Notes under the pieces: model-generated
What the model was told of the DNA's origin: nothing
Databases searched by the model: none
The model's input: the letters and a program-made list of their open reading frames with translations, nothing else
Assembly (NCBI GenBank): GCA_050951805.1
Contig: JBMNJT010000008.1
Location: forward strand, 288,001 to 352,000
Length of the DNA stretch: 64,000 bases
Direction: 5' to 3'
Origin: Bacillota bacterium
GTDB lineage: Bacteria > Bacillota > DTU025
Position numbers and translations under genes: made by a program
Shown here: piece after piece, positions 1 to 10,941 of the stretch
Layout: each line of letters begins with the position of its first letter
Numbering within the stretch: the first letter of the stretch is position 1

Positions 1-640
1 ATTCCTGCTCTATGACCGTATGGTGGCGTATCATATTATGAATGGAATAGCTGTTCCATTGGACGCAACAGACTTTTATAAAGGCTTGGACGAAAGGTTC
101 TTGAAGCGTGACGGGATGTACTTCCTGGCTGACCAAGTCAACGAATATGATACGGCCCGTATTGTTAACGATGTGGAGCCGGTTCAGTTTGAGCTTTTTG
201 TCACCAATGAGAAGTCTGCCATTGCATGGCTTTACCAGCAGCTTGAGACACCGCAGACATATGCCGAACTCCAGCCGAAGTTTATGCAGGAAATAAAAGC
301 CTGGGATAAGTTTGAAGTAAGGCCTGAGCTGGCAGTATTGCTTGAAGAAAATTTCTTGCAGGACGATAAGGGCAGGTGGTATATTCCGGACATTACAAAG
401 GCTGCCGATGTGGCCAAGCTCCGGGAAAAGAAATTGCTTAAAGAATTCGAGGGCTATTTAGCTACCAAAGGCAAGCTCAAACTCTTTCGTACGGAAGCAA
501 TAAGGGTGGGCTTTGCAAAGCTCTGGGCTGATAAGAACTATAAGCTAATTGTCGAAACCGCGGAACGCTTGCCAGAAAATGTTATCCAGGAAGACGACAA
601 GCTGCTTATGTACTATGATATCAGTTTAGGAAGGATTTGA
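1..640 (+). CDS. pglXI: C-terminal part of BREX type 3 DNA methyltransferase (PglXI-like), 5'-truncated by the window edge
   Basis: Frame is open from the window start. It lies immediately upstream of brxHII-pglZ-brxA, the type 3 BREX gene order. Catalytic motifs are outside the window, so the call rests on synteny and recalled similarity. Confidence 0.7.
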   Translation, partial: FLLYDRMVAYHIMNGIAVPLDATDFYKGLDERFLKRDGMYFLADQVNEYDTARIVNDVEPVQFELFVTNEKSAIAWLYQQLETPQTYAELQPKFMQEIKAWDKFEVRPELAVLLEENFLQDDKGRWYIPDITKAADVAKLREKKLLKEFEGYLATKGKLKLFRTEAIRVGFAKLWADKNYKLIVETAERLPENVIQEDDKLLMYYDISLGRI

Positions 641-649
641 GGTGGCTCA

Positions 650-1210
650 ATGATTACCTGGTTAAACGCAAATCAAGGCTTTGTAATGTGTTTGCTTACA
701 TTTGTATATGTTCTGGCAACAATTGCAATTGTAGTTATGAATAATATGACCATTAAAGAGATGAAAGAAGCGAGAGCCGCTGAGAGCCGCCCTTACGTTT
801 TTGTAAGCCTTCATAAAGATCCCAGAGATGTGTGCTTTTATCTACGTGTGAAAAACCACGGAAAGACCGGTGCAATAATAAATAGGCTACAAATTACACC
901 TATTATCAAACTTGTGGATATTGAAGAAAAGAGTAATTTCTTAGAAAGAAGTATCTTGGCTCCAAACCAAACGCTTCAATTTATTGTTTTGGAAAAATGG
1001 GAAGAAACTTGTGAAAAGGATTATAACGTGGAAATTGAATATACAATGGTCGGGGATGCAAATAGTAGCTTTCACGAGCAGTATGCTTTGGTGGTTCAAT
1101 ATGCACATCAAATGGGATATACAGACAGGAGCAATAGCAATCTTAGTAACTCGGAGAACTCATTAAAAAGTATTGCGGAACACTTGGATTCAATTAGAAG
1201 TAAACTTTAG
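650..1210 (+). CDS. Hypothetical protein with single N-terminal transmembrane helix, inserted in BREX operon
   Basis: 186 aa ORF with RBS GAGGTGG; hydrophobic segment GFVMCLLTFVYVLATIAIVVM followed by E..RPYV and a beta-rich domain. Confidence 0.75.
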   Translation: MITWLNANQGFVMCLLTFVYVLATIAIVVMNNMTIKEMKEARAAESRPYVFVSLHKDPRDVCFYLRVKNHGKTGAIINRLQITPIIKLVDIEEKSNFLERSILAPNQTLQFIVLEKWEETCEKDYNVEIEYTMVGDANSSFHEQYALVVQYAHQMGYTDRSNSNLSNSENSLKSIAEHLDSIRSKL

Positions 1211-1230
1211 TATTATGAAACGCAAAGGAA

Positions 1231-3906
1231 TTGAGTATGAAGAATATTGGAGATTACGTTTTTGATAAAACTAAAAATGAGCGTGTGCAGGTATTGGAGA
1301 TCAGCGAAGTATGGGGCTTTGTGTCTTACAAGGTGTTTAATGCTTCTACCGGGACAGTTTATAAGTTATCTGCTGAGGACATTTGCGCCGAAGCACCCGA
1401 AGAAAATTTTAATGAGAGCTATCTCCGATATGTTGCCCTGCTTTCAAAAATCAAGAACGAAACCTCCGCAGGCATCCTGTCAAAACTATCGAGCGGTATC
1501 ATCCCTTTGCCGCACCAGTTGCACGTCCTTAACCGGGCTTTATCAAACAATAAGGTGAGATACATATTGGCGGATGAAGTGGGTCTCGGAAAAACTATTG
1601 AAGCAGGACTCATTATTAAAGAGTTAAAGACCAGGGGACTTATCAAGCGGATACTGATTGTCTGCCCTACCGGTCTGGTAACCCAATGGAGTCTGGAAAT
1701 GCAGGACAAGTTCAACGAGAAGTTCCATGTTATCCTGCCGGAAGATTATGATGCCATTCGTAAGATAACTGGAAATGAGGATGTTTACGGGCAGTTTGAT
1801 CAGGTTATCTCACCTATGGATTCGATCAAGCCCTTGGAAAGACGGGTTGGCTGGACGGAAGAAAAGATTGCCCAATACAATGAGGAACGAATTTATTCCA
1901 TCATTAACAGCGGCTGGGATTTGATCGTGATAGACGAGGCCCATAGGGTTGCCGGGAGCTCGGGGGAAGTAGCCAGACACAAGCTTGGCAGACTCCTGGC
2001 TGCAGCCAGCCCGTATCTTTTGCTATTAACTGCGACACCTCATAATGGCAAAACGGAACCGTTTTTGCGGCTAATACGACTGATTGATGAAAAGGCCTTC
2101 CCCAATATCAATGCTATTGTTAAGGAGCAGGTAGCTCCTTATGTTATAAGGACGGAAAAGCGTGAAGCCATAGACAATAACGGCAATAGGCTTTTTAAAA
2201 ATCGAACTACCAGGGTTATTGAATTGCACTGGGACGAACGGCATTCCATGCAGCGCAGGCTGTATGAAATGGTGTCGGATTATGTCTCCCGAAATTATAA
2301 TAAGGCCATGCGCAATCGAGGCAAAAACATGTGGTTCATATTTCTGCTCATTATGATGCAGCGTCTGGTCACCAGCAGCACAAGCGCGATCCGGGAAAGT
2401 ATGGAACGGCGAGTGAAAGTCCTGGAAGAGCAGGCATTCAAATATCAATCCATGACCGAAGAAGAATTTGCCGAGATGGAATTGGAAGAAAACATGGAGG
2501 ATGCCATTGCTGCCATTTCTCTGGACATCAAGGAAGAAATTGCCCGGCTTAACGATATTATTGCGGTTGCCAGGCAGGCAGAGTTTCAATATCTTGATGT
2601 CAAAGTTGAGCCGTTGCTTGAAATTATCGACGACCTATTTGCTGAGGACCGGCAAAGAAAGGTTATTATTTTTACGGAATTTGTGGCGACCCAAAGCTAC
2701 CTTGTCAAGCTGTTGAAAGACCGGGGGTATTCAACATCCATTCTCAACGGCAGCATGAGTATTGAGGAACGGAATGCCGTGCTGCAGGAGTTTAAAACGG
2801 AAACGAACATCCTTATTTCGACCGACGCCGGTGGTGAGGGCCTAAACCTGCAATTTTCCAACTGCATTATTAACTATGACCTGCCCTGGAATCCAATGAA
2901 GATAGAGCAGCGTATCGGGCGCGTTGACCGTATCGGGCAGCAAAGAGATGTGATAGTTTATAATTTTATTCTGGCTGATACTGTTGAAAGCCGTGTAAAA
3001 GCTGTGTTGGAAGAAAAGCTTTCCGTTATCCTGAAAGAGATTGGCATCGACAAGTATTCTGATGTACTGGACAGCGAAGCTGCTGAGCTTAACTTTACGG
3101 ATGCTTATATGAAATCAATCCGCAATCCTAAAAACATTGAGTTGAACATTCGCCCGGTTGAGGAGGATTTGAAAAAGCAGGTTCAAAACACCATGCGCAT
3201 AAAAGACCTCATCAAGGAAGAAAAAGACCTTGCCTCAATGATTGGGACAGGATCTGCTTTTGACTTTGAAGCTGCATTGCGGCAGATGGTCGCGTACTAT
3301 GAAAACTATAAGGGCAATCCCTACTTGCCTATCGAGCATCTCAGCATTAATGACCCTGTGATTGTTGGCCATCTGAACAAGGAAATCGAGCAAGACTTGG
3401 GAGGTCAGCTTTTCAATGTTTCAATAAAAGATTTTCCCAACGAAAAGGGCTTCTTTATGCTGTGGCGGATATCACTTACTCTTGACAGCCAGGGGCAGAA
3501 GATTATCCCCATTTTTATTAACCAGGATTTTATCCTGCGTCCCATGGCGGGCAAAAAGATATGGGAGGCTATTCTTGACCAAGAAAGGGTTATTACTGTT
3601 CGCGACGGGGAAAAGATCGATATAAAAACTCAGAATAAGCTCCTTACAGCGTCACAGGAATTTGCTTACGACACTTTCTTAACGCTGAAAGCTGAACTGG
3701 AAAAAAGAAATGAAGAAACATACCGAAAGTATTTGTATGCTTTGAACCTGCGCATTGAGGCCGCGCAGCGAATAGGGATCGAAAATATCAGGAAGCACAA
3801 ACTTATGGTCTTAAGCCGGGAAAAGGCAGATATAGAAGCTAACTATCAGGCGGGCAAGAAATTCTGCCCTGACTTTAAGCCGGTATTGATAGTACATATG
3901 GAGTGA
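1231..3906 (+). CDS. brxHII: SNF2-family helicase BrxHII (BREX type 3)
   Basis: ILADEVGLGKT Walker A, DEAH box, LTATPH, STDAGGEGLNLQ and EQRIGRVDRIGQ motifs; directly upstream of pglZ. Confidence 0.85.
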   Translation: MSMKNIGDYVFDKTKNERVQVLEISEVWGFVSYKVFNASTGTVYKLSAEDICAEAPEENFNESYLRYVALLSKIKNETSAGILSKLSSGIIPLPHQLHVLNRALSNNKVRYILADEVGLGKTIEAGLIIKELKTRGLIKRILIVCPTGLVTQWSLEMQDKFNEKFHVILPEDYDAIRKITGNEDVYGQFDQVISPMDSIKPLERRVGWTEEKIAQYNEERIYSIINSGWDLIVIDEAHRVAGSSGEVARHKLGRLLAAASPYLLLLTATPHNGKTEPFLRLIRLIDEKAFPNINAIVKEQVAPYVIRTEKREAIDNNGNRLFKNRTTRVIELHWDERHSMQRRLYEMVSDYVSRNYNKAMRNRGKNMWFIFLLIMMQRLVTSSTSAIRESMERRVKVLEEQAFKYQSMTEEEFAEMELEENMEDAIAAISLDIKEEIARLNDIIAVARQAEFQYLDVKVEPLLEIIDDLFAEDRQRKVIIFTEFVATQSYLVKLLKDRGYSTSILNGSMSIEERNAVLQEFKTETNILISTDAGGEGLNLQFSNCIINYDLPWNPMKIEQRIGRVDRIGQQRDVIVYNFILADTVESRVKAVLEEKLSVILKEIGIDKYSDVLDSEAAELNFTDAYMKSIRNPKNIELNIRPVEEDLKKQVQNTMRIKDLIKEEKDLASMIGTGSAFDFEAALRQMVAYYENYKGNPYLPIEHLSINDPVIVGHLNKEIEQDLGGQLFNVSIKDFPNEKGFFMLWRISLTLDSQGQKIIPIFINQDFILRPMAGKKIWEAILDQERVITVRDGEKIDIKTQNKLLTASQEFAYDTFLTLKAELEKRNEETYRKYLYALNLRIEAAQRIGIENIRKHKLMVLSREKADIEANYQAGKKFCPDFKPVLIVHME

Positions 3907-5357
3907 ATTTTATGATAGAGAAACGGATAGCAGAGCTTTTTTCAATTCAATATGAAAAGCGGTTGCTGATATTTGATGCCGGTGGATTTTGTGCTGCCTT
4001 TGATTATACCAGGCTGCTTATTTCTCAGAATTTTGAGGTTATCCGGTATGAGGATATTGAAGCATTCCGGCTAAGGTATGAGCAAGAAATAAGGAATTCT
4101 GATAATAAATATGCGGTTATTGTTTGTTCCGACATATATGTGCCGTACGATATAAGGAAACAGTTTTTTGAGGTTGAAATTTCTCTAAGAGGCATCTTTC
4201 CGAAACTTCATGAAGATACGGTACGCCGGTATATTAAAGACATTGACTTGATTAGCTTTGCCTATGGGGAGCTTTATTCGTCCTGTGACACCAGGGAAAA
4301 GACGGAAATATTTATTTCAGATACGGTCTTTTCAAAGGGAAATATAAAAAACTATTGTGAGCTAATGATAAAAAACCTTTTGCCTTCCGGCGACAAATCC
4401 GGTATTACTGCCAATGGCTGGATTGAGATTGCCCGTAAAAAGGCCTTGATTGATTATTACGCTGCCAAAGCAAATATCTCGATCGATACGAGTTTTGTTG
4501 ACGCGGAATTTGAAAAGTTTATATTTGATGGCTATCAAAAGCTTTCCGGTGAGACCAAAAAAGAGGCTCCTGCTATCTTGCCTAAAGTAATTGATTTTAT
4601 AGCGCATGGTAAGACTGCACTTATTGTCGTCGATGGGATGTCGTTATTTGACTTTGAGATAATCTCACGATATTTGGAAGGCATTGACTATGAATACCAT
4701 TGTACTTATGCCCTAATACCAACGACGACGGCTATTTCAAGGCAAGGCCTGCTCAGCGGGAAGTATCCGCGTGAGTTGGAAAATCCTTTTACTTTAAGCC
4801 AAGAAGAAAAGGGCTTTATGGAGGCTGCCAAGAACAGGGGATATACCAAACAGCAAAGCTTATATGCAAAGGGCTACAATCCGCCCATTAGTCATTTTAC
4901 AAGGTTTGCGGCTATTATCATTAATGATATAGACGATTTAGTTCACGGTCAAAAGCAAGGCCGTGTAGGGATGTATAATGACGTTTCGTTATTGGCAAAA
5001 AGCGGCAAGTTACAAACATTAATACAAGATTTATATTCACAAGGATTTAATATTTATATAACATCCGATCATGGCAACACTCCCTGCATCGGAGCAGGAG
5101 CTATCCGCAATGCTGGAGTCGAGGTGGAAACCAGATCCAAGAGGATGTTTGTACTGAAAGATTTTGCGGAAGAAAAGGATTCTTTTGGAGACAAAGTCGT
5201 GACTTATCCGGGATATTACTTGGATAAAGACTATAAATACTACGTCTGCGAGTCAGGTGTTTCTTTTGATAATAAGAATGAAGAAGTAATGACACACGGA
5301 GGCATCTCCATTGACGAGGTAATTGTCCCATTCATTAAAGTAAAGGCGGTAATTTAG
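3903..5357 (+). CDS. pglZ: PglZ alkaline-phosphatase-domain protein (BREX)
   Basis: VVDGMS, PTTTAISR, ITSDHGN and THGGISIDEVIVP PglZ motifs; overlaps the brxHII stop. Confidence 0.9.
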   Translation: MNFMIEKRIAELFSIQYEKRLLIFDAGGFCAAFDYTRLLISQNFEVIRYEDIEAFRLRYEQEIRNSDNKYAVIVCSDIYVPYDIRKQFFEVEISLRGIFPKLHEDTVRRYIKDIDLISFAYGELYSSCDTREKTEIFISDTVFSKGNIKNYCELMIKNLLPSGDKSGITANGWIEIARKKALIDYYAAKANISIDTSFVDAEFEKFIFDGYQKLSGETKKEAPAILPKVIDFIAHGKTALIVVDGMSLFDFEIISRYLEGIDYEYHCTYALIPTTTAISRQGLLSGKYPRELENPFTLSQEEKGFMEAAKNRGYTKQQSLYAKGYNPPISHFTRFAAIIINDIDDLVHGQKQGRVGMYNDVSLLAKSGKLQTLIQDLYSQGFNIYITSDHGNTPCIGAGAIRNAGVEVETRSKRMFVLKDFAEEKDSFGDKVVTYPGYYLDKDYKYYVCESGVSFDNKNEEVMTHGGISIDEVIVPFIKVKAVI

Positions 5358-6062
5358 ATGGCAAAAATAATTGGACTGTCCCGTTCCATTAGATTGGAAT
5401 GGCTCAATAAAACTGTAGAACTCGTACTGGAGGGAAAGAACGAAACGCAAATTAAAGACGAATTGAACGAATACTTGTCCTTTGAAATAAAGAGCCCGAC
5501 TGTTCTGAGAAAAACACGGGAAATCCTCATGAATATATGGGTGAGGACTCCTGAGGAACTTTCAACTTTAAAACAGCAAGCTTTAGAAGCTTATAAGGAT
5601 GAGAAGTCGAATAAACTGGCATTGCATTGGAGCATGATGCTGGTTGCATATCCTGTATTCTCTGATGTGTGTGCTTTAATAGGCAAGCTCACTAACATCC
5701 AGGATACATTTGCGGCATCCTGGCTTAAGGAAAAGCTGTTTGAAATGTGGGGAGAACGGACTACGCTGTTTCATTCCAGTGATAAGATATTGCAAACCTT
5801 GAAGCAAATTGGAGCTATTGAAAATGAGAAAGTTGGGGTATATCGCATAAAAAAGTACCCGGTTACCGATGTGAAAACCATACAGGTGTTGTTATTGGCC
5901 ATCCTTCACTTAAGGGAAAGAGCCTACTATGAAATTGCAGAGCTTTCTTCGGTACCCCAGGCTTTTCCGTTTGAATACACTGTTTCACTCGAATGGCTGC
6001 ATGACTCGGATTTATTTACGTTAAGTAACTTTGGCGGCAAAATTGTGTTAACAGTGGATTAA
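5358..6062 (+). CDS. brxA: BrxA-like protein (BREX type 3 terminal gene)
   Basis: 234 aa, abuts pglZ; size and position match type 3 BREX brxA. Confidence 0.7.
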   Translation: MAKIIGLSRSIRLEWLNKTVELVLEGKNETQIKDELNEYLSFEIKSPTVLRKTREILMNIWVRTPEELSTLKQQALEAYKDEKSNKLALHWSMMLVAYPVFSDVCALIGKLTNIQDTFAASWLKEKLFEMWGERTTLFHSSDKILQTLKQIGAIENEKVGVYRIKKYPVTDVKTIQVLLLAILHLRERAYYEIAELSSVPQAFPFEYTVSLEWLHDSDLFTLSNFGGKIVLTVD

Positions 6063-6381
6063 TTAGCAGTGGAGAAATTATCTTCTCTCCCTAGTATAGA
6101 AGGAGTTGTATTAGGAGATTCACATATAAAAGGTACACCAAATTTATGATGCTGATTGCAACTGCAAGGAAAGATTGAAGAAAGTAAATTGGTAATGTAT
6201 TATAGAAAGAGTTAATGAAAAGAAATATCATTATGTTTTTGTTTATTCAGTTTTATTTTTATTCAATTATTGCCATTACAAGGTATGCGATTATAACACT
6301 ATTAATTGTAATTTGTGTAATGTTTAAATGTTTGACCCTGAAATGACGTGAACATAAAAATCCAATAAAATCTATAGTCAT

Positions 6382-6404
6382 TAACACCCAAACGGGTGTT
6401 TTTT
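6382..6404 (+). terminator. Rho-independent terminator
   Basis: AACACCC-AAAC-GGGTGTT hairpin followed by a T tract. Confidence 0.55.
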
Positions 6405-6514
6405 ATTTATATATAATTAAGTCTGGTTTATAAACCCCAGACAAGGAGGTGATGCCTATGCTTGTACTGATAAAGATATTCTGGCTTTAATAACAACCAA
6501 AGGAGGAAATCAAA

Positions 6515-7985
6515 ATGATCGGCATCGAACAATACCGAAAAATCCAGGAGTACAAAGCACTTGGACTTGCTCAGACAAAAACCGCAAAAGCACTGGGGAT
6601 AACCTATTCTTCTGTCAGCAAATACTGGAATATGAGCGAAGAAGATTATGTAAGGAAGCTGAAAAGGAAAGGTACCACATGGATAACTATCGTCAGTACA
6701 TACTGGAACATCTGAAATTTGCCCACAAATGAGGGATACAAACATCTATCTCAAATTGGTGGAGGCCTTCCCTGATCTACAAGTTAAACGAGCTACATTC
6801 TACCGCTATATGAAAGCCTTAAGGGAACAGCACGGGTATCCGCATGCCAGTAAACGTAAAACCTCACCCCGTGAAATTTCTCCGCCGGGATATGAAGCGC
6901 AGGCGGATTTTGGTCAATACAAACTTAAGGATATGTACGGGCGAATTGTACGAATATATTTCTTTTGCATGGTTCTGAGTTATAGCAGAATGAAATTTGT
7001 TTATTTTTCACCGGATCCCTTTACAACCAAAACAGCCATTAAAGCTCATAACTATGCATTCCAATATTTTGGAGGAAGAACACAGACTATTCTTTATGAC
7101 CTTGACCGTGTCTATGTAGTCAGTGAAAATCTGGGGAATATCATATTCGTACCCACATTTGAAGAATATGTTAAGCGTATAGGTTACAGTGTTTCGCTAT
7201 GTAGACCAAGAGATCCTCAAAGTAAAGGCAAGGTTGAAGAGGTGATTGGATACATAAAGCAAAGTTTTCTTGAGGGCAGGATATACACCGGAATTGATAG
7301 CCTTAACAGTGCTGCCCTTGCATGGTTAGATAGGGAAGGCAACGGGCGAATACATACTGTGACCAGAAAAGTGCCGCGTGAAATGTTCATGGAAGAGCAA
7401 AAATACCTGCTCCATGTCAAACCTTATTCCGAAGTATCAAGCACTGTTGCCTCCTTTGATAAGGATGGAGTGGTAAGTTATAAAGGCAACCGTTATCAGA
7501 TTAATACAGGTATGATGGATGCTCATAAACGCATTCGCATTGAAGATGATGGTGAAATGCTTTTGTTCTATGATGCTGAAACAAATGATTTATTGGCTAA
7601 ATATCCAGTCACAGAAGATACCGGGCAGTTGTTCAAACCAGAAGAAAATTACAGCAGAGACAGGGTTTCTTTAACCATCATAAAACAATATTTTGCAGAA
7701 TACGAAATAGCTCAGGAATTCATCCGGCTTATGGAGTTACAGCAACCCAAATATTTTAATTCCCATTGTATTCGAATAAACCGGATGACGAAGTTTTATA
7801 CAATTGGACAATTGCTTGATGGAATAGAATACTGCATTGATACTGAACGCTGCAGTGCCTATGAGCTTTTGGCTTATCTCATGTATCAGTACGGAGAGCA
7901 TATAGCTAAGAAGTTTTTGCCGAATCAGCAGTATTTTAACCATTTGGCGAGGAGTAAAGAAATAAGGAGGGAAATCGATGGCTGA
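6515..7985 (+). CDS. istA: IS21 transposase IstA (apparent frameshifts near 6655 and 6717)
   Basis: N-terminal HTH in 6515..6715 continues in 6729..7985 with PPGYEAQADFG, LSYSR and PQSKGKVE DDE motifs; the breaks fall in A runs. Confidence 0.85.
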
Positions 7986-8664
7986 TATAACAGAAATCCG
8001 TGAATTGGCCCAAAAGCTCAACCTTTGGAATATCGCAAGGGGATATATTGATTTGAATGATGAGAAACTATCAAACCTTGACTATCTTAAGATGGTGTTA
8101 GAAAAAGAATTGGAGATTAGGGTCAGGCAAAAATACACCAAGCTGAGGAAGGCAAGTAAGCTTCCAAACAAAGCATTTGACGCATCGAATTCAAACAAGG
8201 GCTTAAAATGGCAGATTAAACAGTTATCCAACCTGACATGGCTTAAGGAAGAGCAAAACTTAATCCTGCTGGGAAAATGCGGGACGGGTAAGACCGGTCT
8301 TGCAGCGCAGCTTGGAGAAACTGCAATCAGCAATGGATATAAAACCTATTATGCGCCTTTTGATAATTTTATCGCAGTGGCAGAAAAGAAAGCCACAAAT
8401 CCAAAAGCAGAAGCGATCTTTTCTTATATGCAGGAATGTGACTTAATTATTATTGATGATGTCTTTTATGTGGAACCAACCAGGGCAGAACTGCAGGTTT
8501 TCTACCGGGCAGTTACCTTTCTTAATGAAACCAGAAGCATTATTTTTATAACCAATCGTGAACTGTCGGCATGGATAGATGCAGCCGAGGACAAGCACCT
8601 TTGCCAGACTTTATTGGACAGGATGACGGTCAATTGTCAGATTGTTCGTTTGACTGACAAGTAA
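7978..8664 (+). CDS. istB: IS21 helper ATPase IstB
   Basis: GKCGTGKT Walker A, LIIIDD Walker B, ITN motif and LLDR. Confidence 0.9.
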   Translation: MADITEIRELAQKLNLWNIARGYIDLNDEKLSNLDYLKMVLEKELEIRVRQKYTKLRKASKLPNKAFDASNSNKGLKWQIKQLSNLTWLKEEQNLILLGKCGTGKTGLAAQLGETAISNGYKTYYAPFDNFIAVAEKKATNPKAEAIFSYMQECDLIIIDDVFYVEPTRAELQVFYRAVTFLNETRSIIFITNRELSAWIDAAEDKHLCQTLLDRMTVNCQIVRLTDK

Positions 8665-8802
8665 ATAAAAACACTCACTTCTTTTTTAATAGGGGCAAAT
8701 ACCTCGTTTGAAAACAATGCCGAAAAACGGCTTAAAATAGATGCAAAAAATCTCACGAAATTCAAAGAACTGCTTAACTTTTGAGATTTTCTGCAGTTTA
8801 TA

Positions 8803-8895
8803 GGGTAGGGGGGTCTAAATCTCTACCGCTTTTCACCCCGGAAACGGGCGGGGGGTCACGCGCGAAAAATCGCAGTTTCAAACGGGGTATATCCC
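8803..8895 (+). other. Putative cos/packaging-site region
   Basis: G-run-rich non-coding segment (GGGTAGGGGGG...GGAAACGGGCGGGGGG...CGCGCGAAAAATCGC) immediately upstream of terS, where HK97-like cos phages of Bacillota carry cos. Confidence 0.5.
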
Positions 8896-8928
8896 CTGTT
8901 TATTTTTACATGAATCGAGGTGATGTGT

Positions 8929-9481
8929 ATGGCAAAGGACGGTACCAACCGCGGCGGGGCACGTATTGGTGCAGGACAGAAGAAAAAGCCTCTGGCGGAT
9001 AAGATTTTGGAAGGAAACCCCGGCAGACGAAAGCTCATGGTAATGGAGTTTACGGATGCTGCGGAACTGGAAGGAGAGAGCATGCCGCCACCGAGGGATT
9101 ATCTTGCTGCAAAGCAGAAGAACGGAAAAACAACACTGGCGGTGGAAATATACGAAAAAACATGGCAGTGGCTTAAGGAACGCAGGTGTGTTCACCTTAT
9201 CCCTGCGCAGCTTATAGAGCAATATGCCCAGAGTGTGGCGCGGTGGATCCAGTGCGAGGAATGTATCACTGAATTTGGCTTTCTTGCTAAGCATCCGACG
9301 ACTGGCAATGCCATCCCGTCACCTTATGTGGCTATGAGTCAAAGCTTTCATGAAACAGGCCAATAACCTGTGGTATCAAATTTATCAAGTCGTGCGGGAA
9401 AACTGTGCTACCGAATACAAGGGGGCTACTCCTCACGATGATGTGATGGAAAAACTCCTGACAGCCAGGAGGGGTGGCTGA
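8929..9481 (+). CDS. terS: Phage terminase small subunit, P27 family (one frameshift near 9350)
   Basis: MAKDGTNRGGAR start and HPTTGNAIPSPYV motif; continues MKQANNLWYQIYQVVRENC...LLTARRGG in another frame to TGA at 9481. Confidence 0.85.
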
Positions 9482-9663
9482 TGCATAAAACAAATTCAAT
9501 CTTTCTTAGGGAACTAAGAAAATATAAAGACCATTTAACGAAGCAGCAGTTTAAGACTCTGCGGGGACAAGTAATAAACGGAGATTGTGAGGGCGCAAAA
9601 AAGGGTCTTAAGAAAATATTGAACAGGAGAATGCAGCATGAACATACAAAAAATATCTGTTGA
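9481..9663 (+). CDS. Small hypothetical phage protein
   Basis: 60 aa, coupled to the terS stop; LTKQQFKTLRGQ motif typical of this position. Confidence 0.7.
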   Translation: MHKTNSIFLRELRKYKDHLTKQQFKTLRGQVINGDCEGAKKGLKKILNRRMQHEHTKNIC

Positions 9664-10936
9664 AAAACTTAATCCAGCAGCATACAACCCGCGCAAGGAT
9701 TTAAAACCTGGCGATAAGGAATATGAAAAGCTAAAACGGTCAATAGAGGAATTTGGCTATGTGGAGCCTGTTATCTGGAACCAAAAAACAGGTAATGTGG
9801 TAGGCGGGCATCAACGCTTAAAGGTTTTGCTGGACTTGGGACAGACAGAGATAGACTGCGTCGTTGTAGATCTTGACCCGCAGAGAGAAAAAGCGCTTAA
9901 TCTTGCTCTTAATAAGATTCAGGGAGAGTGGGACGAGAATAAACTGGCTGAACTGATGGCTGAGTTGGACGCAGGTGCATTTGATGTTTCGCTTACAGGG
10001 TTTGACGCTTCTGAAATAGACGAACTGCTTAACCGATGGTACTCCAAAGAGGCGATACAAGACAGCTTTGACATAGATAAAGCGCATGAGGAAATTGTGC
10101 AGCGCGAGCCTGTAACGAAGCGGGGCGATATCTGGCTTCTCGGGAATCATCGCTTGATGTGCGGCGACTCTACTAAGGATGAGGATTTTGAGAAGTTGAT
10201 GGAAGGGTGTCACGCACAGATGGCAGTGACTTCCCCTCCATATGGGGTAGGCAAAGAATATGAAAAGGCCGGGATTGAACCATGGTTCGAGACAGTACGC
10301 CCAGTGATTAGAAACCTGTGCAGGTATGCAGATATTGTCTGCTGGAACTTAGGTGATCTCTATGCCACCGGCTCTCAGTTTATTGAACCCACCAGTGTTT
10401 ACAGCGTGAATATGTTCTTGGACAACGGTTACCGCCCTATCTGGATCCGCATTTGGAAGAAACAAGGGCAAAATTTCGGCGTAGGACCTTATCATCTTGT
10501 TTCAAACAAGCCGGTTCAGCAGTATGAGTATATTTCAGCCTTCAGCAATAAAGGAGAAGTTGAGGAATATAACGATCAGGAATATGTATGGCTTTCAGCC
10601 TTTGCGGGACACAGTTATAAATTTGTGAAACGGCTTACAAAGGAAGAACGCAAGAAATGGGGCTATGCTGGGATATGGGAGATGACCACTGTACGGGCAA
10701 ACAAGGAGCATCCTGCAATGTTCCCTGTGGAGCTTCCATGGCGGTGCATCAAAATGCACAGCGACAAGGGCGGTATTGTGCTTGAGCCGTTCTCTGGTAG
10801 CGGAACTACTATAATTGCGGCTGAACAGACCGAGCGTAAATGCTACGCAATGGAGTTATCCCCTGTTTACTGTGATTTAGCTGTTAAGCGCTGGGAGGAA
10901 TTCACCGGTGAAAAAGCCATCAAACTGGAGGGTTAA
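9638..10936 (+). CDS. ParB-N domain + N4/N6 DNA methyltransferase (SPPY)
   Basis: YNPRK...VGGHQR ParB-like N-terminus; TSPPY, HPAMFP and EPFSGSGTT motifs (beta class). Confidence 0.9.
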   Translation: MNIQKISVEKLNPAAYNPRKDLKPGDKEYEKLKRSIEEFGYVEPVIWNQKTGNVVGGHQRLKVLLDLGQTEIDCVVVDLDPQREKALNLALNKIQGEWDENKLAELMAELDAGAFDVSLTGFDASEIDELLNRWYSKEAIQDSFDIDKAHEEIVQREPVTKRGDIWLLGNHRLMCGDSTKDEDFEKLMEGCHAQMAVTSPPYGVGKEYEKAGIEPWFETVRPVIRNLCRYADIVCWNLGDLYATGSQFIEPTSVYSVNMFLDNGYRPIWIRIWKKQGQNFGVGPYHLVSNKPVQQYEYISAFSNKGEVEEYNDQEYVWLSAFAGHSYKFVKRLTKEERKKWGYAGIWEMTTVRANKEHPAMFPVELPWRCIKMHSDKGGIVLEPFSGSGTTIIAAEQTERKCYAMELSPVYCDLAVKRWEEFTGEKAIKLEG

Positions 10937-10941
10937 GATTT

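Larger units (their letters stand above)
6429..8802 (+). mobile_element. IS21-family element (istA/istB); ends approximate
   Basis: istA-istB pair; imperfect terminal inverted repeat (TATAAACCCCAGACAA vs TATAAACTGCAGAAAA on the reverse strand); no target duplication seen. Confidence 0.65.

Noticed and set aside
6444-6490. AAGGAGGTGATGCCTATG followed by MLVLIKIFWL as a type I toxin peptide
   Set aside because: Only 10 codons, too short for a TM toxin, and no antisense RNA is evident.
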